In this document: piece after piece, positions 22,351 through 34,779 of the stretch | Layout: each line of letters opens with the position of its first letter | Position numbering within the stretch: the first letter of the stretch is position 1 | DNA from: Vicugna vicugna | Lineage: Eukaryota | Direction of reading: 5' to 3' | Length of the DNA: 64,000 bases | Assembly (NCBI GenBank): GCA_013265495.1 | Contig: MU058718.1 | Span: 4,175,648 to 4,239,647 of the forward strand | Notes under the pieces: generated by a model | The model's database searches: none | What the model was told of the DNA's origin: nothing | Seen by the model: the letters and a program-made list of their open reading frames with translations, nothing else | Translations under genes and position numbers: made by a program

Positions 22351-23649
22351 CAGCTACTGTTCTGTTGGGTTCCCAATACCTGGGGAAAGAGGAATCTTCA
22401 AGAGGCTGAGACCTGAGTGGATGGGAACCCCGAGCAGTCTTAAGCTGGGCACTGGTGTGGATGTGACTACATTGGCCTGGAAGGTGTTGACTCAGAGCAC
22501 TGGGATTATGTACTGTCCGGCAGAACCTTTTCATTGGAAAGGGGTTTGGAGCAGGAAAGACGTTGGTGTGGGCTGACCTGCCCACGGAGGCCTTTGTGGG
22601 CACTTTCTCCAGCTGAGCCTTGAAAGGAAGGGAGGATGAGTCGTGGGGAGGAATGGAGAAGAACTATGAAGGTGTCCTTGCAGGCTCTCTCAGGTCCCAG
22701 GCTTTGGTCTTCATTTCCTCCAGGGAAGCCCTTCTCCCAACGCAGCCCATCAGGGTCTCACATCAAAAATAAGCCATTCCTTCCTTACATGTCTTCATCT
22801 GGGAGATGTGTGATTTGCCAAAAATACATTAAGTTCAACTAAAATAGCTTGGTCTTACTACACGCAAAGTTTATACATGGGTTTTGTTAATACGTGGTTC
22901 CCTTGCAGAACACAAAGAACTTTCCACAACAGGAAACCTCAGTGGCTTATTTTCTCTGTGTGAAAGTCTGTTGAAAAGGGCAGGGAGTCATTTGGCAGGG
23001 GAAAAAAAAATGGGAGTTACAACTTAGTTCTGGCATGATCGTGGGGTTGGAATGTCAAAACAAAACCCCACAGCCTTACTTTTTGTTCAAAGTTCACTTG
23101 AAGAGATTTCAGGAGACCCTTTGCTCTCGTAGGTCAGGGCGCCGAGGCTTCAGGGCTCTTGAGTTTATTCTGTGGTGAGGCTGCTGGGTTTCGGAAGACA
23201 GACCTGCAGTTAGAGTGTCATTTCCTGCCCTGCAGGCTGCAGCGTGGGCATACGCTGCATAATCCAGCTTGTCTCGCGGGAGGGACATCTGTGGCCACGG
23301 TTTTCCAAATCATCCAAATTAGGACCCCAAAAGAAGAGGGTTCTGTGGCCCATCAGCTCTCTGAGGAAATCCTGGAACACACTGTGATGAAAAGGCACTT
23401 TCTACCCTGAAAGCCAGGATAGTTTGTCATTTGAACTGAACCTGGAACCTATCTGAAAGGCTTGGAAGCTGCTCCCAGTGGTGAAGATTGAATAGATGTT
23501 TAACCTTAAGGATGGTGGGGTTTTAGCCTCTGACCAGTGGAGCATCCATGGGACCTAGGTTTGCCTTGCACATGATATGCTTATACCCAGAGAGAGCAAG
23601 GCCAGCCTTCAAGTTCAAAAGAGAACCAGCCATTTCCAGCAGGCTACTT

Positions 23650-24740
23650 TAAAAAAAATCTTTTAACTCAAGAAATATATGTTGACTGTAGAAAAAGCAT
23701 AAAACTGCAGAAAAGAGACATTGCCCCCCAAAAAGCCACCTGTAACCCTAATGCCAGAAATAATCACTGCCACTTTGGTATACTTCCAGGCTTTTTCTAT
23801 GCATATACATTCATATGTAAATGGTTATGTTATGTTGTTTTGGTACTTGCTCTTTTTCACACAACACTAGGTTGTGCAGGCTTTTCATGTCAAGAAATAC
23901 ATTTCAATGATATTAAGTGTCTAATGTTTCTTTGCAGAGCTGTATTATTTAATGAAACTTCTATTAGGTCCCAGGCTTTGGTCTTCATTATTAATGTTAT
24001 TTACATATTTCTTTTTGCTATTATAATCATATTGTAGTGCCTATGCTTAATTATTTCCTTGGGACATGTTCCAAAGAATGTAACTGCTAGGTCAAAGCTT
24101 ATGGATATTTTTAAGCTTTTTGATAGTACATCAGTCAGAATAGGCTAAATGTTGTAACAAACATCCCCAAATCTCCGTGTCTTAACACAATAAAGATTTA
24201 CTTCACTCATCAGTTGCAATTCAGTGTAGGTTGCATGGCTGAAGATGGAGGGAGCTCTGCACAGTCATCTGGAACCAGGATTTGTTCATATGATGGCCCC
24301 CCATTTGCCAGGACCTTGGAGTTCTTCCCTGGGTCCTCTGAATTCAGCTAATAGGCAGAGAGAGAGGAAGAAAGAGAGAGATCACATGGAAAATTGCACA
24401 GGTGATTTTAGGGCCCGACTTGGAAGTGAATGGCATCACATCCCCTGCCACCTTCCCTTTGTCCAGAACTCAGTCAGGTGACCATTCCTAACCGTAAGGG
24501 AGGTGAGGAAATGTCTTCATGTATGTCCAGGAGGAAAACACAGTTTGATGAACCCAAAGTATTGTCTCTGCTTCAACCATACATTACCAACTTGCCAATG
24601 GACCATGTTTTTCCAGTTTATATTTCCACCTCAGGATTTGAGAATTCTTTTTTTTTTTTTAAGATATGAGAATTCTTATTCCCTTACACCCTCAGTAATT
24701 AAGAGGATGACATATTTTGTGTTCTGTTTTCTGTAAATCT
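23650..24740 (-). mobile_element. Old L1ME-like fragment interrupted by MLT1J-like LTR
   Basis: aattatttccttggga...aactgctaggtcaaag...ttttaagctttttgata resumes at ~24576 as cattaccaacttgcc...ccagtttatatttccacc. Confidence 0.6.
24127..24575 (-). mobile_element. MaLR LTR (MLT1J-like)
   Basis: cagtcagaataggcta...gtaacaaacatccccaaatctc...cttaacacaataaagattta; ccagaactcagtcaggtgacc...gtctctgcttca. Confidence 0.8.
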
Positions 24741-27229
24741 GCATGCGGCATTGTTGCTTCTCTGCACCCGTTTCTCTCTTTGGAGATAATCTCGCTGCGA
24801 TCAGGCCCATACCTTCCAGACTCTGCTTTCCCGACTGTTTTCAGGATAGCAGCCCGCGTCCCTGTCTCCTAGACCGGCCTGAGTTTCCGGGTCTTTTTCT
24901 GTCTGTCCTTCCCTCTCCTCTTCCCTCCCTTCCCTCCCCTGCTGTAGAAGAAGGTGTGCTGTGAAGGTGTCTGCAACATGGGTGACCCTTGTAGGGACCC
25001 TGCCCCAAGCCCCTGGGCCCAGGGTCATCCCTGAATGCCTGGCTAGCTCAAGGGCATGGGGAAGAGGTTGAGGCTCTGCATGTTATGTGTCATCTCAGGT
25101 GTGTTCCAGCTTATGATACATTTTCACAGAAAAAAAAAAGTCAGAGAATGGAATTGGGAGGTGAAAACCTGCTGCTGACTTGGCATACTGACCTTGACCA
25201 GATCATCCAGTGGCTTGTCCTCAGCCCTCAGTGTTCCACCAGAATAATCTTTCCCCAATGCGTGCCAGAAGTCCTGAGTAAACTGCTTAGAAATCAGACA
25301 GGGAAGGCGATGGAATTGTGCAAAGTCTGTTCTTGTCTATCTTCCAGTGAACCCAGTTTGCTGAACACCAGCTCACATCTGAGCTGTGGTTTCCTCCTTG
25401 TTTTGAAATTTGGTTTCCAGAGGAGAATGCTTTTGAATGGCTTCTTGTTCACATCTTCCTCAGGGACACTCGCTGTTGCCTGATGATTGTCTGGCAGGCC
25501 TGGCCCCTCGGAAAAGCAAGGTTTCCAACGAGGTCCTTGCCAAAAGTCTTCAAAAAATGTCCTTGTCCACTACCTCCAGGGAACCAAGCACCTGGGCCTG
25601 AGCACAGCAGAGAAATGCAAACCAAGCAAGTCACAGATTTTCCAAGCTTCTGGGCCTCGGCCTCCTGAATAGCTGAGGACAATTTGTGTGCTTTCTGAGT
25701 CACACCTTCTGAACCCTCCCCGAGAGGCAGCCATGGTCTCTGAGGGGAGATAGCAGCTGGGGCCCCTAGGAGGGTGAATCACACCAACTGTCAGCCTGGC
25801 TTATGACCTAGAAATGGAAACTGTAAGTGGCTTAGAAATATAAAGAGCACAGCCGAGGCCAGGCTGCCGTAGAAGTCCCCTCTGGGGAACAGTGTACAGT
25901 GGGCAGAGGTGAAGACTGGCATCTTTTCTTTCTGTTACTGTGATGCCCTCTGGCATCGTGGCAGGGCCAGGCTGTCTGGACGGGGAGTAGAATGTCTTCC
26001 TGGAGGTGGTGTACAGGGGTGGTGGAGAGGGAACCACTGCAGAGCAACAGCCTCTCTCCAGAGTGAGCCCATCTGTGAGATGCCACAGGCCCTTTGCACC
26101 TCATCTTAGCAAGTGGATTTGAGTTACTGAGATGAGTTTTTCTAGGCCTTATAAATCTAAATTCTTAAGGTACTTTCAACAAGAACTACCAATTTAATGC
26201 TTTCATTCATTCCCAGGGAGGTTCTCTGAGTCCAGAGTAGGGAAGGACTCCTTGCACTTGTGCCAAGAAACAAGTTTATTGTCATCCTTAGATTCCCAGA
26301 GGAGAAGCCTGGCTAGGGAGGCTGTCCCTGCACAGGGCATGGCCCTGGGGCATTCTGGCTGCAGGTGGCTGATCCAGGTGGAGAGGAGGGTCCCACTCTG
26401 GGATCCGTCCAACTACAAAATGCCTCCTGAGGACCCCCTTCAGACTGGTTTCTCAGTGTGGTCCTCAGGCCACCAGCAGCACAGTGATGGGGTAGAAGTG
26501 GGGGCTGTTTAAAAGGCTGGTGCTTGGCCCCCTCCAAAGACCCCAGCATTTAAATTTCTCAGAGAAAAGTCCTAGAAATCTATTTTCCCGGAAGCACCCC
26601 TTTCCCGGGTTGACCAACATGGTGAGATTTCAGAACCTTTCTTTATACCAATCCTGGTCTCCTTTATTATCCTTTGCATGAAAATATTTTGTTTCCTTTT
26701 CTCCCTTTTGTGACCTCTGAAAATGAAATCTGAAGCAGAGGGATCTCCTTACATAAGAAAGGTCACCTGTAGCCTTAACTGGCAGGCTTGGACTGCTGAT
26801 TTTATCAGGGGATTTGAAGGAAGCCAACCTTTGATGGGCAAGCTGCCCTACTGCCTTTTCCATTGACTTGCTGCCGTTAAAGGTGCCACCCCAACTCTTC
26901 CTTCGCTCCTCTTTCTTCAAGAAAACGGGCCTGCTGCCCGAGGAAGCTGTGCCCTTGGAGTCCTTTAGCACAAGGACAGTTGAAAGTAAACTTCACGTTC
27001 CTCAGTGGAGCAGGAGCGGCATCCATAGGTGTTTCCACAGAGGAAACCCTGACCCCAAGGAAATGTACGAAAGCCAAGGATAACATGACAAAGATGCCGG
27101 GAAAGCACCCAGTGCCCTTAGCCCTGCTCACCCCGTGGTCTTCCCCTGCCATCTCCTCAGCCCTCTCAGGGCTCTTCCCATTTGAGTGTGCGTGTGAGGA
27201 AAGCTACTCTCTGGGAGAAAAAAGAAAGC

Positions 27230-27378
27230 CCTCTGATTTGTCATATTTGCCAGTTTCCATAGTGTCAATACTCCTACCATGGCGGATTTCAAGTTCCTAA
27301 TGGTTTAACGATGGCTCACAAAATTCTTGAATATTTAATCATCAGCCTTTGCAGATCAGGAGGAGAAAAGTCCAGCAT
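27230..27378 (-). mobile_element. MER63-like fragment
   Basis: ctgatttgtcatatttgccagtttccatagtgtcaatactcctaccatggcggatttcaag is the reverse complement of the core seen at 39240-39300. Confidence 0.7.
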
Positions 27379-27703
27379 GGAATCTGCTCAGCCCCAGAAA
27401 ATCCCCAAGTCAGACCAAGGGCCAATAGCACAGTCCGAAGAAATGATCAAAGGATGCCCAGATTGTGAAGACTGCATTTCCTCTTGACAGACACGAGAGA
27501 ACAGGATGCAGGTGGTGACTTTTGGTCTGCCACATTGGAGAGGAATCTTCATTCCTCCAACCTGGTCTCTCTCTCCTGGGGCTGCAGAGCTTGGAGGGAG
27601 CCCTGTTTGCAGGGCTCCTCCTCAGTGTCATGGCCTCTCAGGGATCTCCCAGGGGTCCCCCAGCTCTCTCCTTGTCTCACTCTCCCCTTTGAAACCCTGT
27701 GAA

Positions 27704-27871
27704 GGGGGAGGATCTAACTCAGTGGTGGAGCACGTGCTTAGCATGCATGAGGTCCTGGGTTCAATCCTCAGTACCTCTAGTAAGAAATAAATAAATAAAA
27801 ATAAATAAACCTAATTACCCTCCCCTTCCCCCAACCCCCCAAACAAACAAACAAAAAAAAACCAAGGGGAA
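27704..27871 (+). mobile_element. tRNA-derived SINE (Vic-1-like)
   Basis: A box taactcagtgg, B box ggttcaatcc, (AAAT)n, cctaattacc, C tract and A-tail; flanked by aaaccctg on both sides. Confidence 0.92.
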
Positions 27872-28139
27872 AAACCCTGCTATCCCATGCCAGGGCACAG
27901 ACTGCTCTTGCCCCAACTGCACAAGTTTAACACGGAGGGTTTAGGCATCATTCTGGATTCTGGGTCCTGCCTTTTGGCTTGGGTGGTGTTAAGAGGGACT
28001 CTTTTCTCCAAAAGCCGGCCTCAGGAAGACTCCTTAAAGCCAAGACCTGAAGGCTGAAACGTCGTCATGATTTTGAAGGAGTCTTGAGAATGGTGGGGCT
28101 GGGGCAGGTAGTTCTCATAAAGCTGAGTGTGACCAAATT

Positions 28140-28500
28140 TGCCCACAGCCGGTGACGCCAGCCATCACGAAACCCTTCCTTCCCCTTCAGGGCCTGGGAT
28201 GGCGTCAGCCCCAACCGAGGGGAAGATGGTGACCTCCTTTCCCTCCCCTAACCCTGGGCGGCCGGGGCCGCCGGCAGAGCCGACGCTCACCTCCACGGCA
28301 GCAGTTTCTGCTGCCCGGCCCTCCCGCGCGGGTTCTGTCTGGAGCCGGCCGGGCGCAGCGCAGGTTGGCGTGGGGGTCCTCCTCTCTCTTCTGACGGCCC
28401 CCCACACCCTCCCAGACCGCGGCGCGGCCGCTCGGCTGCCCCAGCCCTGGCAGCAGAGCAGCACCGGGGGACCCGGTCGTGCCTGGCTCAGCCAGGGAGA
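28140..28500 (-). promoter_or_regulatory. Small CpG island; candidate promoter and non-coding first exon
   Basis: Very GC- and CpG-rich (gcggcgcggccgctcgg, cccgcgcggg); strong minus-strand donor GAG|GTGAGC at 28291/28290. Confidence 0.55.
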
Positions 28501-28610
28501 TCAGCTAAAGAAAAGGCAGTTAAAGAAAAGGAAATGGCCTTGAACTGGGGCCTCTGGAGTATTCTAAGCACTCAAAGTCAGTCAGTTAACAAAAAGATAC
28601 TGAAAGTCTG

Positions 28611-29160
28611 TGAAGGGGTCCAGATCCTGCCACCCCCAAAGAGGCTGCTTGTATTGATTATTTTGAGCTGAAATCACTTGAAAAACAGCAGATGCAGGAA
28701 GGACTCTCAGACTTTCCCCTTGCTACCTAAAAGCAAGTTGCAAAATTTTCCTCCAAGAAAGCTGCCTGCCCTGCACCAGGAAGAGTGGAACATTCTTATC
28801 ACCCGAGACCAGGAGAAGATGCCAAAGTGGACCAGTGCAAACAAAGCTACTAAAATGACGTTTATCTTCCATTAGTTTCCCCGTATGTTTCCTAGACACT
28901 GGCCCACAATTTGCTGTCCCCAGCCCAAGCCCTTTCATCTTCTCACATCCCCACAATGTATTGCTCTTTGTTTAAAAAGTGTATAAACTTTGGGGCCCAG
29001 CGGCTTTCTCAGGTTTTCATTTTCCGTTTGAATATTCCTGTGTAAAAAGATTAATATCAAAGTGTATGCCTTTCTCTTGTTAATCTGTCTTACATCAGTT
29101 TAATTCTTAGGTGTGGCTACAGAAGCTAAAAGGGTGGAAGGGAATTCTTCCTCCCCTACA
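28611..29160 (+). mobile_element. ERV1 solo LTR (MER34-like)
   Basis: TGAAGGGGTCCAGA..TGCCACCCCCAAA...GATTATTTTGAGCTGAA start; GTATAAA; ends TTCCTCCCCTACA. Confidence 0.85.
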
Positions 29161-29164
29161 CCAA

Positions 29165-29460
29165 CAACAAAGATGCTGGGGAGCAAGGCAGAGTCCCTGC
29201 CCTCCTGGAGCTCAGAGCCTAGTTTACAGGGAGGGTGGTCCTTACACAGATAATGTCAGCTAATTCAGTAATGACCACGGTGCTGAGGTCTTTAAAGGAG
29301 AAGCACAAGGTGCACTGGGAGCATGAGACAGGGAGGCTAATGCAGGTTAAGGGATCCCTGGAGGGTTTCTTGAGGATTGAAGCTGAGGCTTGAGGGATGG
29401 GGCAAACATAGTGGAATACGGGGTTGGAAGGGAAGATCCTCCAGGACACAAAAAATTTAT
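29165..29460 (-). mobile_element. L2 fragment
   Basis: agtccctgccctcctggagctcagagcctag motif. Confidence 0.75.
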
Positions 29461-29532
29461 GCTTCAGGGACATTCTTTCCTCAGGAGCGAGTCTGGGAAT
29501 TTAGATAATAACTGTCTTCCCTTCATATACAG

Positions 29533-29962
29533 TGGGGTGGTGGAAATCACTGTTTGCCCTCCAACATTCCTTCTTTTCTAAATAACACATGCCCCATTTT
29601 TGCTTGGTGCATAGCTACATTATAGCCACCTTATAGCCACCTTACTTAGTTCCTGCCAATGAGGTGTAGGCAAAAGCTATGTGTGGGGTCTCTGAGAGGC
29701 CTTTTTTCTGGTACCTGGGACATGGATGTGATGGCTGGAGGCCAGGCAGCCATCAGGGACTATGAAGAAACAGGCTAAGGTTGGGGGAGCAGTATATTAA
29801 GTGTAGCCTGGTATCCTGATGACCATGGGATTGCTTTATCCACCCTGTATTGCCTACCTCAACTTTTTTTATGGATTGGAGAAATAAAGGTCAGTTTTCA
29901 TAAAGCCTCTATTATTTAGGGGTTTTCTGTTATACAAAGCCAAACATAATCCCAACTATTAC
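29533..29962 (+). mobile_element. MaLR LTR (MLT1J-like)
   Basis: ggatgtgatggctggag...gcagccatc; agaaataaa; ttttctgtta...aagccaaacataatcccaactattaca. Confidence 0.75.
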
Positions 29963-30578
29963 ATACAACTTCCTCTCAGCCTAATGAGGAGACCATTTAC
30001 ATGCACAATCCATAAATTATCTATGTTATAGAAAGTTCTCTAGTAATAACATCTCTTTTCCCAGGCCCCTTTGTCCCCTCCCTTGTCCCCTTATCTGGCC
30101 CTTGCCCCTGGCACCTCCTCTCTTTCCTGACTCCCACATCTGAGCTAGGCCTGACCTCAGTGTTTCTGCCTCCACGAAGGACAAGCTCACAGCCCAAAGG
30201 TTTTCGGAGCCCCTGCCACCCCTTCCCTTTGGGGCTGCCTGGCATGAGTCCTGATTCAGAGTTGCAGGCAGGCCAGGGAGGCAGCCAGGCTTCCGTGCTC
30301 CTCCCCTTCCCAAGGAGGTGTGAAGAGCTGGAATAATCTGGCTGAGAATGTAATCAACTCAGAGAAATGACAAGAAGGATTAACAGAACATCCCTGCATT
30401 GAGCTTCTAGGGCTGTGAAGTCTTTCATTGGTCTGTTTCCCCAGCTTCTGGCTAACTGAGTCCAAGAGGTCAAGATTCAAAGGGAGAAGGTCAATGTGTC
30501 TGGTTATAAAACTTGGGGGCTGGCCAGGATGAGCGCAGACCTTGGCCCTCAGCACGTGGGAGCAGGTGAGATGAGGCC

Positions 30579-31108
30579 TGGTGTGAGTTGAATTACGTCC
30601 CTTCCACTAGAAAATCTGTTGAAGTCCTAACCCCCTGCTACATCATTTGGAAGACCTTATTTGGAGGTAGGATCTTAACAGAAGTAATCAAGTTAAAATG
30701 AGGTCATCCGGGTGGGCCCTAATCCAATGTGACTGTGTCCTTATATATACGGGCAATCTGGACACAGACAAGCACACAGGGAGACCACCACGAGGAGGTG
30801 AAGGCAGGGACGGGGGTGACTGCTACAAGCCAAGGAGTGCCAAAGGTGGCCAGCTACGCACCAGAAGTGAGGAGAGAGGCGTGGGACCCATTCTCCCTCA
30901 CAACCTTCTGTTTTCAGTAAACAACAATCACACCTTGGATGGGCCTCACCGACCTCCAAGCGGAGCCTGTCCCAGCCTTCCTGAGGACCCAGCCCTCCTG
31001 ACACCTTGACCTCAGACTGCCAGCTTCCAGAACTTGAGATAATACATCTCTGTTGTTGAAGCCACGCAGTTTGCAGTTTTTGTTAGGGTAACCCTAGGAA
31101 CTAATACG
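30579..31108 (+). mobile_element. MaLR solo LTR (MLT1B-like)
   Basis: aagttaaaatgaggtcat...gggtgggccctaatccaat core; ctaatacg end; perfect TSD AGGCC (30574-30578, 31109-31113). Confidence 0.9.
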
Positions 31109-31403
31109 AGGCCCCTCGAGTGCCAATAGCAGAGAGGGTTGGTGACAGCCACTGGTCTCAAACGATTTCCCTCCTGCCTCACGTCGGGGCATGAAGACAC
31201 TAAGAGCAGCTGGAGTCTCCCTTAGTCATTTCTCTCAAAAGAGAACCCTGGGGAGTCCTCCTCCCCCTGCAGGTGGACAGCCAGTGGCATACGGAGTGAG
31301 ATCAGAAGGGGCTTTCTGCTCTTCCCCTGGAGACTTCCATTAAACAGGGAGACTTCCCCAGGGTGAAGGGCTGACACTAACTGACAAGGTCTGTTTGTGA
31401 ACA

Positions 31404-31407
<4 letters not shown>

Positions 31408-31446
<39 letters not shown>
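31408..31446. repeat. (TC)n microsatellite
   Basis: Read directly; continues as a pyrimidine tract to 31499. Confidence 0.95.
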
Positions 31447-31448
<2 letters not shown>

Positions 31449-32404
31449 TTTCTCTTTCTCTTTATCTCCCTCTGTCATCTCTATATTTTTTCATTTCCTG
31501 GCAGAAAATCAATTTCATTTTCCAAGCAGAAAAATGTCTAGTAGGAATCTTTCAAGTTGTGCACAGTCTCTTCATGCATCAGCTAAAGCCTTTCTCTGTT
31601 GAATGATTCTTGTGTGTGGTCTCTCCTGCCCTGTCTCCCCTGCCACACACACACTTTGCTTCCCGCTTCGGGGATTGGAAGGCAGAAGGGATGGGGGAGG
31701 CGGAACGGAGGACTGCCAACGGCTCTGCAGAAGCCGGCCAGCCAGCCAAGCGACCAGCATCGGCTCCTCCCGTCTGCCCGCTGTACCCGGCTCCTATCAC
31801 CACGATCAGGGGGAGGCTGCTCTGAGCACGTGGGACATTTTGGCAAGCAGGGTGAGGACTTGTTGCTACTAAGCATCTGTGTTGCTTCTCGTTCTGCCGA
31901 TAGTCCTTCGTTTTTACTGTTTACCCCTCACCATCACCAGATGTTAACCCCAATTTTAAGAGGCCAAATCTGGGATCTAGTAGTTCACCCTGGGGGATCT
32001 GAATGATGAGCTGGGAGACTGGGCTGCAGCAATTCTGAGAATTCCTCTCTGTGCTCATGATCACAGCACGTGTGATGATTAAGAAGGTCCCAGAAATCTG
32101 TGCTAAGTGGGCGTAGGGATTGTTCCCTGGGTGAGGAAATTTGCATTTCCTTTCTCCTTTTTTCCACAATCACACTTTGGGTTGATTTTCTAGAGTTGGC
32201 TACATAGAAGATGATAGTGATAACGAGGCAAAGGGGTGTGGAAATTGACGGACAGCCATACGCAGAGGGCGGCCTACACTGTGCCAGGCTCCTGGAGGAC
32301 ACACACGTGCCCTTGCTTTTTAGGGGCCTAAAGTCTAAATGGGAAGATCTAACTAAACTTGTGTGAAACAAGCTGACAACTGATGTTTCTCTAAACTCAA
32401 AGCA

Positions 32405-32900
32405 GCTTTATTCAGGATTTTCTGATAGGAAAGAGACCTCTCAAACTGTCTCAAGAAAATAGGGATTTATTGTAAGAGTCCACGTGCTTGATGCTGGATT
32501 GAGATGGTGCGGGGGACTGGAGAGCCGTCTCCGCCCCGCTTGTGGAAGGCCCAGCCCCCTCTCATGGTGTCTTTGTGGTCTCCGAGCATCTTGTCCCTGC
32601 TCCTCTCTCTCATGAGTTCAGGCTCAGTTCTCTCCTAACCTAAACCTACCCGTAGCTTCCACCTGCCCTGATTCCACCTCAAGGCATCCTTCAGCCTTAA
32701 CTACCATCCCAAGCAGTAGGTTCTTTCTGTATTTGTCAGTTGTTTTGTGGTTCTACTTTTGATTGGCCCAGCTCCTAGGCCTCTGTGTGCCTGTATTTGG
32801 CTCTCCTTGGATCACTTTCCATCCCCGAAGTTCCAGTAAGCTGTGGCCAGGAGTAGTGTTTCACAAGACCCCTTAAAGGGCTGTGGGCAGATAGACACGT
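32405..32900 (-). mobile_element. Old ERVL LTR (LTR33-like)
   Basis: ggatttattgtaaga at one end; tgattggcccagct...ccagtaagctgtggccagg at the other. Confidence 0.5.
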
Positions 32901-33082
32901 AAAACAAATCCAGTATGGGGGCTATTGGTTATAAAATCAACCAAAGACCACAGAAAAGAGAGCTGCTCTAAGCCGAGCTAGAGAGAGCAGGCCTCACAGG
33001 GCAGTGAGATGGCTGGGGTTTCAACACATGGCATTTGAGTCATGGGAGGGAAGCAGAAAGCTGCAGAGAGCACGGTGGCAGG

Positions 33083-33465
33083 TTGTAGCAGCATGCACAA
33101 TTATGTTTCCCCTCCAGGCAGAAGGATTACACATCTCTCCGCAGATGACAGCCGACTTGGGCAGCTTTTGCCAATGAAATGTGAGTAAAAAGGATGTATA
33201 CCATTTCTGGACAAAAGCTTTGGTAACTGAAGCATGGTTCACCATGTTCTCTTTTCCCTTTGCTTTGAGAACGACACTGTCCCAAACAGGGGACACTCCA
33301 TCAGCTTGGGTCACAGAATGAAAACAACTCGGAGCAGAGCCAGAGCAAGCTTGTGATAGACATACATGTGATGTAAAGACGGTATATACCTCTGTTGTGT
33401 TACGCCACCGAGCTTGTGAAGTCATCTGCTACAGCAGTCTAGCCTCGCCTAGCCTGACAGATCCA
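33083..33465 (+). mobile_element. MaLR LTR (MLT1I/J2-like)
   Basis: tgtagcag start; tttgccaatgaaatgtgagt; ctagcctcgcctagcctgacagatcca end. Confidence 0.75.
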
Positions 33466-33469
33466 AAGA

Positions 33470-33960
33470 TCAAGTTGTACTCAGATAAATGAGTTGGAGG
33501 TGAAGAGGTGGTAAGAAGCAGAGACAGGAGTCCAGATATCGGAGAGGGAAGACTTGAAGCAGGATAGCAAGAGAAGGCCTGGAAGAGTGAGGGGACTTCA
33601 GGAGCCATTTGGAAGGAAGATGGATGAGGTTGTGGTAACAGGTTGGAACAGGGAATAAAGGAGAGTAAAGGGTAGATAGATAAATACATAAATCCTTCAT
33701 TTACTAGATTATCTTAGTTGGGAGTTGGAACCATTTTGAGAGGAAGATATCCTTTAAATTATTTTAAAATTTCAGGCAGGATGGACATCTAGCCAGTAAT
33801 TTCCAGTAAGCACTCGGGACTGGGGTTGGGGCTAGTTGGGCCAAGGAGTTTTTGGAAACTGGTCTTTTGATCTGTAAACATCACTGGTTGTGAGAAATGG
33901 AACACAGATGCCACATTTACAGAGAGAAAGCAATGCTAGATGGACCAAAGGGAGTGGAGG
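33470..33960 (-). mobile_element. L2 fragment
   Basis: Purine-rich degenerate L2 (ggagtccagatatc, ggatggacatctag, gatctgtaaacatcac). Confidence 0.5.
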
Positions 33961-34199
33961 GACTAAAACTAACATCTTCCAGCAGCATCTCTCCACTGCC
34001 TGGGGGACATCCCAGCATGACTAAATCTGTCCCCCAGAGATTTCTCATCAGCTGGCAGAGCAGGGCTCGCAGGCCGGCCTGGCATGAGGTCCTCACTTGC
34101 TGCAGGGCACATGGCAAGGCCTCCCCCGGGCCCTGGGGAACTGGCCTGTTAATGTGGTAGATCAGGCACAATTAAATGGAACCCAGAGATTATTTTTCA

Positions 34200-34375
34200 G
34201 TTTTCAAACCTCATTCACATCCATCATCTCATTAATGTCTCAAAAACCTCATAAAGTTTGTGTTATCTCTGTAAAGCAGATAAAACAGAGGCTGGGAGAA
34301 GCTAAGGCACTTTCTTGAGGTTAGCAGCTCAGAAGTGCCTAAGGCAGGATTCAGGTGATCCTTCCTGTTAGCACG
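34200..34375 (-). mobile_element. MIR
   Basis: cacatccatcatctcattaatgtctcaaaaacctcat...agataaaacagaggctgggagaagctaag. Confidence 0.7.
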
Positions 34376-34779
34376 CCCCATTGCCTCTGTGGTGCCACCC
34401 CAGCCTCCCTCTGTGAAGTCCCAGGATCGCAACACATGCCCAGGAGCCCCCCTTTGGAGACTGTGCAGGATTTGGCCTGAGCCCAGTTCAAGGCAAGGGG
34501 TAGGGAGCCACATAAAGTGACAATTTCCCAGTTCTCAGGGGCTCTTCCTTTTCTGTGAGTTTGGTAACAGTTTGTCCTCGGAAACTTTCCAGAAGCAAGA
34601 CCAGGCCTATCTTTCATATTAAGGGGAAAGCATGGTTTCGGTACTAAGAAAGATTTGCATTGGTTTTGGGGAAAGTCCTAAAGCACATATTTGCCTTTTC
34701 TCTCGCTTGGAGAGGTCACCCACGAACTGGCCACTTCCCAACTTTTCTACAGAATCTTTCTTTTACTGGAATGGTCTCC

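Noticed and set aside
26868..27083. 71-aa plus ORF
   Set aside because: Non-ATG start, no recognised homology, and antisense to the better-supported minus-strand model.
27704..27776. tRNA gene
   Set aside because: A and B boxes are followed by a SINE body, A-tail and flanking duplication, with similar copies at 21696 and 37528.
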